Assembly: GCA_048550275.1 (NCBI GenBank)
Contig: JBLYYU010000210.1
Location: forward strand, 1 to 45,484
From: Polyangiales bacterium
Lineage (GTDB): Bacteria > Myxococcota_A > Polyangia > Polyangiales > Houyiibacteriaceae
DNA: 45,484 nucleotides
Reading direction: 5' to 3'
Positions 1-7,042 of the stretch are shown in pieces; within the stretch, counting starts at the first letter, position 1; every line of letters starts with the position of its first letter. The notes beneath the pieces are model-generated. The model had not been told where the DNA came from and searched no databases. It worked only from the letters and a program-made list of their open reading frames with translations. The translations under genes were made by a program, and so were the position numbers.

Positions 1-36
1 TCAGGGCTTGCCCTCTCGTGACCGGTCCGGTACCCA

Positions 37-1623
37 ATGAAGATAGGTTCCGTCATGCGGGCTAGCTTTCTTACTTGGCTCTCGATTTTGCTCGGCGCAC
101 CGGCGCTGGCCACCGGCTGCCTTTCCGCCGATCAAGTCGAGTTGGTGGTCGTCAGCACCGAGCCCGTTGCGGGTGCCCCTTCGCCAGATGCCCTTCGGGT
201 TCGGATCTTCGAGGTCGAAACCGGGGAGCAAGTCGTTTCCCAAACCGTGAATTCCGCCGAAGGCAGTCTCGCAGGCCTCGGGGCGCTTCGGACTGGAGTG
301 ACGTACGCCCTGGCGTTCGAAGCGCAGTATGCTTCCGGAACCTGTGCCGACGACCGTGCCGTCGGTGTTTCCCTGCCATTCGTGCACCGGGAAGGCGGCT
401 ACTCGATTCCGATTCAAGTGGGCTGCGCCGATGAGTTCGGCCGCACGCTCTCTCAGCCGATCGAAGCTCGGCTTGCGGCGGGCCTCGAGACGGCCGTCGA
501 CGGCACGGCGGTGCTCGCTGGCGGCGTTCCGGACATCGAGCTGCGGACCGACGAGCTGGAAGTGACCGACGCCGTCCCGCTCGTCGAACGATACGCTCCG
601 TTTGCCGGGGGCTTCACGGCGTCGGGCTCCATGCTCACCGCGCGCGCGTTTCCGGCGCTTCAAGCCGTTCCGCAGGGCGGCGTAGCGGTCATAGGCGGAT
701 TCGTTCCTGGTCTTCCCGCCTGTGAGGCCACCGTCGAGCTCATCGTCGGGTCGGCGTCGACCGCGACGGGCTCGCTCGGGGCGCCGCGTTGCTTCGCAGA
801 TGCGGCCTTGCTCCCGGCGGTTTCACGCTTAGTCGTCGGTGGCGACTCGAATCTTCCCGCGGTCCGCCTTGCCGATTTCGAGGCCTTCGATCTCGAGGCT
901 AAGCCCTTGCCCGACAGCCGGATTCAAGGGCTGGTCTACCGGGATGCTCCAAGATTCGTTGCGCTCGGTGACGGTCAAACGATGCTAGCGATTGGGGGGG
1001 TCGACGCTGCGTCGGGCGGGCCGGTTGTCGAAGCCGTTCATTTCGGCGACGAGTGTCCGCAGGGTGAGCCGCCGTGCGCCTTTCGCGTGCCGGCCGCTGG
1101 GCTCGATCAGCAAGGGCTGATTGCCACCGCCGCGACGTACGTCGAATGCCCCGCAGGGGGTGGGACGGTGTATATCACCGGCGGCATAATGGGTGCCGGC
1201 GACGCCAATCGCGCGCTCGACCAGATCTTGTGCATCCGCGAGCAGCCAGACCCAGCCGAGATGCGTGTCGTTCGTGCGGGCACGCTTCCAGAGCCTCGGG
1301 CACGGCACGAAATGGTCGTTGTCCGTGGTACGTCGCCGCGGTTGCTGATCGTAGGGGGAGGGCGGACGACGAGCATCACGAGTAATCTTCTCGACGATGC
1401 GCTCCTAGTTCCAGTCGATCCGTGCGCGTGCGTGGAAAGCTCGCCGCAAGTGCTCGAACGGATTCCAATCCCTTTCACCGGATCTGCCGTATTCCATCAA
1501 CTAACGACGTTGCAAGACGGGAGCGTGCTTCTGGTGGGGGGAGCCCGGATCTTCAACCAAGAAGGCGTGGTGAGTTACCAAGCGCTGGGTGAGGCGGCTC
1601 TGTTCGTCCCGGAGATCCCATGA
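37..1623 (+). CDS. Secreted lipoprotein with Kelch-like beta-propeller repeats
   Basis: 528-aa ORF. The N-terminus MKIGSVMRASFLTWLSILLGAPALATGC reads as a signal peptide plus lipobox Cys. The C-terminal two thirds carry regularly spaced hydrophobic-GG blade motifs (VLAGG, VIGG, VVGG, AIGG, ITGG, IVGG, LVGG) as in Kelch propellers. The stop overlaps the next start (ATGA at 1620-1623). An alternative Met start lies at 55. Confidence 0.6.
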   Translation: MKIGSVMRASFLTWLSILLGAPALATGCLSADQVELVVVSTEPVAGAPSPDALRVRIFEVETGEQVVSQTVNSAEGSLAGLGALRTGVTYALAFEAQYASGTCADDRAVGVSLPFVHREGGYSIPIQVGCADEFGRTLSQPIEARLAAGLETAVDGTAVLAGGVPDIELRTDELEVTDAVPLVERYAPFAGGFTASGSMLTARAFPALQAVPQGGVAVIGGFVPGLPACEATVELIVGSASTATGSLGAPRCFADAALLPAVSRLVVGGDSNLPAVRLADFEAFDLEAKPLPDSRIQGLVYRDAPRFVALGDGQTMLAIGGVDAASGGPVVEAVHFGDECPQGEPPCAFRVPAAGLDQQGLIATAATYVECPAGGGTVYITGGIMGAGDANRALDQILCIREQPDPAEMRVVRAGTLPEPRARHEMVVVRGTSPRLLIVGGGRTTSITSNLLDDALLVPVDPCACVESSPQVLERIPIPFTGSAVFHQLTTLQDGSVLLVGGARIFNQEGVVSYQALGEAALFVPEIP

Positions 1624-2504
1624 CGCGCATCTTCTCGGCGGCTCTGCTGGGCGTCTCCATCGCGGTGGTTGGCTGCGCGGGCGCGAACGGGCAGGGTCCG
1701 AATGCTCCACAAGCGTCGCAGCGCCCGACTGAGACCTCGGGCAGCGAGCTTCCGCAAGCGGACAAACCCGTCGTCGAGTCGGACTCCACCAGAACGGAGC
1801 CGTCGATGGCGTCAATCGAGCAACGCATCCAACGGGCGCGCAGGCTCTACAGGGATTTGGCTTTTCAGGCATCGCTCGACGAGCTCAGGCGTGCGCAAGA
1901 GGAGCTCGAAGAAAGGCTCGATGCCGACGCCACCTACCAGGCTCTCGACGACGCGATGCTACTGCGGGCCCTCGACGAGCTGGCACTCGGAAATGAGCAA
2001 GCCGCGCGCCAAGCCCTGCGCCAAGCGGTCATCCTTCGCCCCGAACGAACCTCGCTCGACCCCGCGGAGTTTGCACCCGACGTCCGTGCTGAATACGAAC
2101 GGGTTCGAGCCGGGTTCCGCCGGGAGGCCCCGCTGCCCCTCACGGCGGAATCTGAGCCCTCGCGCGCGGAGCTGGAGCTCAACGGCCGGCAGGCCGGGCT
2201 CACACCGATGTCGGTGCGTCTACACGACGGTCGTCACTACTTGGTCTTTCGATCGCCCGGCCACGTGGCGACGCCGCGCATCATCGATGTCGACGGCGAA
2301 CCCATCGCTGTCCTGCGCGTCGCGCTCGACCCCCTGGCGATGGGCTCTTCCCCGGCAGATCCGCCTTCGAGCAAGCCACTGGTTCGGAAATGGTGGTTCT
2401 GGACCGTGATCGGTGTTGCTGTCGTGGGTACCTCGCTAGGGCTCTATTTCGGACTACGAAAGCCGCCCGAAACGCAGCTGGTAATCGCCAGGCCCGCCCA
2501 GTAG
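1620..2504 (+). CDS. PEGA-domain lipoprotein with C-terminal transmembrane helix
   Basis: 294-aa ORF. MTRIFSAALLGVSIAVVGCAG is a lipoprotein signal. A PEGA-like segment reads ELELNGRQAGLTPMSVRLHDGRHYLVFRSPGHVATPRIIDV. A C-terminal hydrophobic helix reads WWFWTVIGVAVVGTSLGLYFGL. The start shares a 4-nt overlap with the upstream gene. Confidence 0.7.
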   Translation: MTRIFSAALLGVSIAVVGCAGANGQGPNAPQASQRPTETSGSELPQADKPVVESDSTRTEPSMASIEQRIQRARRLYRDLAFQASLDELRRAQEELEERLDADATYQALDDAMLLRALDELALGNEQAARQALRQAVILRPERTSLDPAEFAPDVRAEYERVRAGFRREAPLPLTAESEPSRAELELNGRQAGLTPMSVRLHDGRHYLVFRSPGHVATPRIIDVDGEPIAVLRVALDPLAMGSSPADPPSSKPLVRKWWFWTVIGVAVVGTSLGLYFGLRKPPETQLVIARPAQ

Positions 2505-2517
2505 CGGGAAGCGCCGC

Positions 2518-4251
2518 ATGCGCGGTCTGTTACTCTGTGCAGACGTGAATCGCGGAAGAACCATCTCGCGCTATCGAGTCTTGGATCGCATTGCCGAAGG
2601 CGGCATGGGCGAGGTGTACCGAGCCAAGATGGAAACCCTGGGTGGCGCTGAGAAGGTGGTCGCCCTGAAGGTCGTGCGCAGCGACCTGGCGAAGAACGAC
2701 GAGTTTGCTTCCCTGTTCATCGACGAAGCGCGGCTCGCCATGGGGCTTTCGCACGCCAACATCGTTCAGTCGTTCGACGCAGGGCGCATCGATGACCAGC
2801 TCTTTCTCGCCATGGAGTACGTCGCCGGCGTTCACCTTGGTGATTTGCTCCAAGCATGCGAACGGCGATTCCAGCAACCGATCCCGCATCGGCACCTGAT
2901 CTACATCGCCGTCGAATCGCTGAAGGGGCTCGACTACGCGCACCGGCGCGTCGATAGCAACGATCAGTCGCTGGGCGTCGTTCATCGCGACGTATCGCCT
3001 GGCAACATCCTGATCTCTTGGGAGGGAGAGGTGAAGGTCGCGGACTTCGGAATTGCGAAGAGCGCCCTTCGGTCCAGAGAAACGACGGGGGAGCGGGTCA
3101 AAGGCAAGCTTCCCTACATTGCGCCGGAGCAGCTTCGCCAGTCGGGTGTCGATCGCCGCACGGACATCTACAGCTTGGGCGCCGTCATGTACGAAGCCCT
3201 CACCGATCGTTGGCTCGTCGACGCCAACGACGCTGAAGAGGCCATCCCAGACATTCTGCGAGGGCGCTTTCCGAGGCCGCGGGAGATCAATCCGGAGATC
3301 CCCGAGGCCGTCGAGGAGATCGTCCTTCGCGCGCTCTGCACCGATGCCAGCGCGCGGTACCCGTCCGCAGCAGCGATGCGACAAGAGCTCGAGCGCTACG
3401 CGCTGTCCGACGGGTATCTTTTGTCGTCCACGGACCTTGCCGATTTTCTCGGTGCCATCCGCTCGAGATCCGACGACCGGAACGAGCGTGGCGACCTCGG
3501 CGGGCCGGAACGATGGAGCAGCGTTTCGTCTCCGAATGAAGCCGTACAGAACGGGCCGTTCAATGATTTACTCGGGGCGGAGCTGCGCAAGATCGACACG
3601 GCCGATGGGTACAGCGTGTTCACGACCGGTGAGGTCTCCGGGGTCGTCGGAACAGATGAGCTCGGGTCGGCAAATAGGAAGCCCCCCGGGCGGCGCAGAC
3701 GGTCCGTGAGTTGGCTTCTCGCTCTCTTCGGCTTGGTCACCGTGCTATCACTGTTCGGATTCTGGGCGCGCCGCAGCAACCAAATGGAAGCCGCTGTGAA
3801 GACCCCGTCGCAAGCCGTGATCCCGCCGGCAACGGAACGGCCGGCCGCACAGCCAGAGGCGGTTCAAACGCCGTCACCGGTGATGGAGACGCCGGCGCCT
3901 GAGTCTCCTGTCGACGAGGTTTCCGACCGACCCTCCGTCGGGCCCCGTCCGCCAAAGGCCCGAAGGCGTTCCCGCCCGTCCAAAAAGCGCGCTGCAACGG
4001 CGGCCGAGGCGGCCATTGCAGCCCCAACACCAGCGCCGGCGTACGTCTCGGTAAACTCGGATCCCTGGTCGTATGTGACTATCGACGGCAGTCGCATCAA
4101 CACCACACCGCTGCGCAACCATCGCCTCGAGCCGGGTCGCCATCAGGTCATCCTCGAGAACCCAGAAGCCGGGCTCGAGCGACGTTTTGAAATCGAGGTC
4201 GACCCTGGAGAGAGCAAGCGGCTGAGCGTGGACCTTCGGGGGACTCCATGA
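2518..4251 (+). CDS. Hanks-type Ser/Thr protein kinase with transmembrane helix and extracytoplasmic PEGA-like tail
   Basis: 577-aa ORF. Kinase motifs are GGMGEVYRA (G-loop), VALKVV (catalytic Lys), HRDVSPGNILI (catalytic loop), VADFGIAK (DFG) and YIAPEQ (APE). A TM helix reads WLLALFGLVTVLSLFGFW, followed by a Pro/Ala-rich linker. The C-terminal segment YVSVNSDPWSYVTIDGSRINTTPLRNHRLEPGRHQVILEN is PEGA-like. Confidence 0.9.
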   Translation: MRGLLLCADVNRGRTISRYRVLDRIAEGGMGEVYRAKMETLGGAEKVVALKVVRSDLAKNDEFASLFIDEARLAMGLSHANIVQSFDAGRIDDQLFLAMEYVAGVHLGDLLQACERRFQQPIPHRHLIYIAVESLKGLDYAHRRVDSNDQSLGVVHRDVSPGNILISWEGEVKVADFGIAKSALRSRETTGERVKGKLPYIAPEQLRQSGVDRRTDIYSLGAVMYEALTDRWLVDANDAEEAIPDILRGRFPRPREINPEIPEAVEEIVLRALCTDASARYPSAAAMRQELERYALSDGYLLSSTDLADFLGAIRSRSDDRNERGDLGGPERWSSVSSPNEAVQNGPFNDLLGAELRKIDTADGYSVFTTGEVSGVVGTDELGSANRKPPGRRRRSVSWLLALFGLVTVLSLFGFWARRSNQMEAAVKTPSQAVIPPATERPAAQPEAVQTPSPVMETPAPESPVDEVSDRPSVGPRPPKARRRSRPSKKRAATAAEAAIAAPTPAPAYVSVNSDPWSYVTIDGSRINTTPLRNHRLEPGRHQVILENPEAGLERRFEIEVDPGESKRLSVDLRGTP

Positions 4252-5582
4252 CCACACGAGCGACCCGCACCCTGATGGTCGGCGACAAGTCACGGCGCAA
4301 GATTCGACGCTATCGCTTGAAGTCCGCAGACGGTCCCGCGCACGACTTCCAATCACAGCTCGTCCGAGCCGGCTCCCGATCCGGCAACGAGCTCGTGCTC
4401 GACGACAGCGCAGTCAGCCGAATCCACTTCGAGATTTCGGTCGATGACGTCGGCTACCGAATCCGAGATCTCGACAGCCGCAACGGGACCTGGGTGGACG
4501 GCTACCGCGTTGTCGAGATGTACCTGCCCTCTGGATGCACCATCCGAGCCGGTAGCACCGAGCTTCGATTCTCAGTCTTGGATGACGAGATCGATGTTCC
4601 GGCGACGCTCTCGGATGGTTTCGGGCCACTCGTTGGTTCGAGCCTACCAATGCGGGAGCTATACGCGGTCATCGACCGCGCGGCGCCCACCGACGTCACC
4701 GTCCTAATCGGCGGTGAAACGGGCACCGGCAAAGAGCTGGTCGCACACGCGCTACACGAGCGCAGCCCCCGTGCCGAGGGTCCTTTGGTCGTGCTCGATT
4801 GCGGCGCGGTTCCTGCAAACCTGCTCGAGAGCGAGGTCTTTGGCCACGAGAAGGGTGCATTTACCGGCGCGAACGCGCGGCGGGCGGGTTTGCTGGAAGA
4901 GGCAAACGGGGGCACCCTCTTCATCGATGAGGTCGGCGAGTTGCCGATCGAGCTACAGCCCAAGCTCTTGCGGGCGCTCGATCAACGCGAGATTCGCCGG
5001 CTCGGTGGGCGGGATACCATTGCGCTCGACTTGCGCGTGATCGCGGCAACCAACCGGGATCTTTCGGTCGAGGTGAACCGTGGAGCCTTTCGGGAGGATC
5101 TCTTCTACCGCCTGGCCGTCGTGCAATTGACGCTGCCGCCTCTTCGAGACCGGCGTGACGATGTTCGGGCGCTCGCCGAGCACTTCGTGCGAATCGCTTT
5201 CAAAGGCGACGGGCCGCGCGCGGCCGAGGTGCTGGCGGGGATCGACGAAGAGAACTGGAAGCGACTGGAGCTCCATCCGTGGCCTGGCAACGTGCGGCAG
5301 CTCCGAAACGTCATCGAGCGCACGCTGGCCCTGAGTGAGCCGTCCTCCATGGCCTTCGACCTTCCGGGTTCCGAAGCGGGGGTGCCCCGCCGTTCACCGA
5401 GTACGCCCGAGGCGGACTTGGACCGTCCGTTTGCGGAGCAAAAGCGCGACGTCATTGCAGGCTTCGAGCGCGCCTACCTCGAAGGGCTTCTGGCCCGGCA
5501 CGGTGGCAATTTCTCACGTGCGGCCGCGGCAGCCGGCATGGATCGCATGTATTTCAAGCGGCTCCTGAAGAAATACCGCTGA
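4248..5582 (+). CDS. FHA-domain sigma-54-dependent transcriptional activator (bacterial enhancer-binding protein)
   Basis: 444-aa ORF. The N-terminal FHA signature reads GSRSGNELVLDDSAVSRIHFEI...RDLDSRNGTWVDGYRV. The AAA+ core has Walker A GETGTGKE, an intact GAFTGA loop (ESEVFGHEKGAFTGA) and Walker B LFIDEVGEL. The C-terminal Fis-type HTH reads NFSRAAAAAGMDRMYFKRLLKKY. The start overlaps the kinase stop (ATGA at 4248-4251). Confidence 0.9.
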   Translation: MTTRATRTLMVGDKSRRKIRRYRLKSADGPAHDFQSQLVRAGSRSGNELVLDDSAVSRIHFEISVDDVGYRIRDLDSRNGTWVDGYRVVEMYLPSGCTIRAGSTELRFSVLDDEIDVPATLSDGFGPLVGSSLPMRELYAVIDRAAPTDVTVLIGGETGTGKELVAHALHERSPRAEGPLVVLDCGAVPANLLESEVFGHEKGAFTGANARRAGLLEEANGGTLFIDEVGELPIELQPKLLRALDQREIRRLGGRDTIALDLRVIAATNRDLSVEVNRGAFREDLFYRLAVVQLTLPPLRDRRDDVRALAEHFVRIAFKGDGPRAAEVLAGIDEENWKRLELHPWPGNVRQLRNVIERTLALSEPSSMAFDLPGSEAGVPRRSPSTPEADLDRPFAEQKRDVIAGFERAYLEGLLARHGGNFSRAAAAAGMDRMYFKRLLKKYR

Positions 5583-5642
5583 GACTTTCGGTACTCACTA
5601 ATGAGCCTCGCGCTGAGACAGCCCGCACTCAGCGTGGGCCCG

Positions 5643-5667
5643 ACAGTGCACGAAGCACCGTGTTTTT
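5643..5667 (+). terminator. Possible intrinsic terminator after the activator gene
   Basis: The hairpin ACAGTGC-acgaa-GCACCGT has a 7-bp stem with one A/C mismatch. It is followed by G+TTTTT (5663-5667), about 60 nt after the stop at 5582. The stem is short, so the call is tentative. Confidence 0.35.
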
Positions 5668-5681
5668 CGACGCGGCAACGT

Positions 5682-5697
5682 TGGCACGCGCCGTGCA
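5682..5697 (+). promoter_or_regulatory. Sigma-54 (-24/-12) promoter
   Basis: TGGCACgcgccGTGCA compares with the consensus TGGCAC-N5-TTGCW. The GG-N10-GC spacing is exact and there is one mismatch. It lies about 14 nt upstream of an AGGAGG RBS (5710-5715) and 26 nt upstream of the ATG at 5723, directly downstream of the sigma-54 activator gene. Confidence 0.65.
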
Positions 5698-5722
5698 CAA
5701 GTCTGGGCCAGGAGGTTACTCA

Positions 5723-6802
5723 ATGCGCAAGAACACATTCACTTTCTTAGCCGCGGGCTTGTTGCTCGCATGGGGCTGCGGCGACGCCGCGGAGCCCACC
5801 GCCGAGGGAAGCGCCATCGCAGACGCGCTCGAACAGGACAACGGCGGGCTCACCATGGAGGACGAGGCGCCCGCTTTCGGCGAGCCCGAGGCATTCGATG
5901 AGATCGCCGAGTACGAGGAGGCGGACGACGAGACCGCCGACGACCCGGAGGTCGCCAGCATGCGCGATCGGCCTGACGCCGTGCAGGTCAATCTGATCGT
6001 CGAATGGGGCCAAATTCCCGGAAACCCCGAGAACGAAACACCGAGAAACTGGAGCGGCGTTTTTCACGTCAACCGTGGTGCGATGATCGTTCGCCGAGTG
6101 ATCAAATTCGAAGAGCGCACCGACCACTTGCTTCCCCGCCCCGATCGCCAGCACGTTCCATTCACATCGGTCACGCTGCCCCATCACGACGGGATGATTC
6201 TGACGATCATCGATCCAGAGCCGGAGAGCGACGAGCCACTGATCTTCTCGTATGTGAGCCCGTTGCCGCGCGACGACGAACCGCCGCGTCTCGACCCCGC
6301 GACGGACGGGGCCGACCAAGTGCCCACTCAACCGCAAACCATCGTGCGTGTGCCCGTGCGTGACCTACTCGACGGCCGCGTCGAGCTACTGATCGACGAC
6401 GCCGGAAACAGAATGGTGGCCGCCGCGATGGCTCGGCCCCTCGACGTCTGTGAGCGCGGCTTCCTCGCCGGTCGTTGGCACAAGGTCGAGGATGGCCGTG
6501 GTCGCTTCATCGGCCGCGTGGTGGGCGATGAAGGAGAGCCCGTCGGCCATATCCGAGGCATCTACGGCCGACGCGAGAACGGTGAGCAGGTCTTCTTTGG
6601 GAAGTTCATCAACCTCGAAGGTGAGTTCAAAGGCATCTTCCGCGGGGAGTACGGCGATGGCCACTTCGGCGGCCGATGGCTTCACCGCTCCGGCGAACGC
6701 GGCGTCCTCGGCGGCGTCTACCGCGAGGGTATCCCAGGTCCAAAGACCGGTGGCCACTTCGTTGGCCGCTGGGCAGAGACAAGCTGCAACCTCGATCTGT
6801 AA
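5723..6802 (+). CDS. Lipoprotein of unknown function (acidic N-terminal region, Gly-aromatic repeats at C-terminus)
   Basis: The start was moved from the track start (5660) to the ATG at 5723, which has an AGGAGG 7 nt upstream. MRKNTFTFLAAGLLLAWGCGD is a lipoprotein signal. A D/E-rich stretch (EDEAPAFGEPEAFDEIAEYEEADDETADDPE) follows. The C-terminus repeats G-x-F/Y-x-G motifs (GRFIGRV, GIYGRR, GKFINLEGEFKGIFRGEYGDGHFGGRW, GGHFVGRW). Confidence 0.7.
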   Translation: MRKNTFTFLAAGLLLAWGCGDAAEPTAEGSAIADALEQDNGGLTMEDEAPAFGEPEAFDEIAEYEEADDETADDPEVASMRDRPDAVQVNLIVEWGQIPGNPENETPRNWSGVFHVNRGAMIVRRVIKFEERTDHLLPRPDRQHVPFTSVTLPHHDGMILTIIDPEPESDEPLIFSYVSPLPRDDEPPRLDPATDGADQVPTQPQTIVRVPVRDLLDGRVELLIDDAGNRMVAAAMARPLDVCERGFLAGRWHKVEDGRGRFIGRVVGDEGEPVGHIRGIYGRRENGEQVFFGKFINLEGEFKGIFRGEYGDGHFGGRWLHRSGERGVLGGVYREGIPGPKTGGHFVGRWAETSCNLDL

Positions 6803-7042
6803 TTCAGAAGAAAGGACGAGCGGGCGGGTCGCAACTCAGCGGTCCCGCTCGCTCGCGCTCCTGGCGCTAGCCGCACGACGCGCCAGCCTTCGCGGACGTA
6901 CTGAAATCGATCGCGAAAGCGATTGGGTTGGCTCTGTTCTTTGTTGTGGGCATGCTGGGGCAAAAGCGCCCAAGAAAGCAAGCTAGAACACGTCTTTCCC
7001 GTCTAGGAAGCGCCCGTCCTCTCATGTTATCGTAGATGACTC

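Noticed and set aside
6817-6851. An inverted repeat, CGAGCGGG-N19-CCCGCTCG, after the stop at 6802, and an ATCGC-GAAA-GCGAT hairpin at 6910-6923, considered as terminators.
   Set aside because: Neither is followed by a T-tract and the first has a very large loop. They may still form RNA structures, but the evidence is too thin to annotate them.
6960-7042. A search for an ECF-type promoter (GGAAC-N16/17-CGTC) upstream of the beta-helix paralogues that could be read by the downstream ECF sigma factor.
   Set aside because: GAAC and CGTC elements are present (GAACACGTCTTTCCCGTC), but only at about 10-nt spacing. No equivalent motif lies upstream of paralogue 2, so no defensible promoter call could be made from sequence alone.
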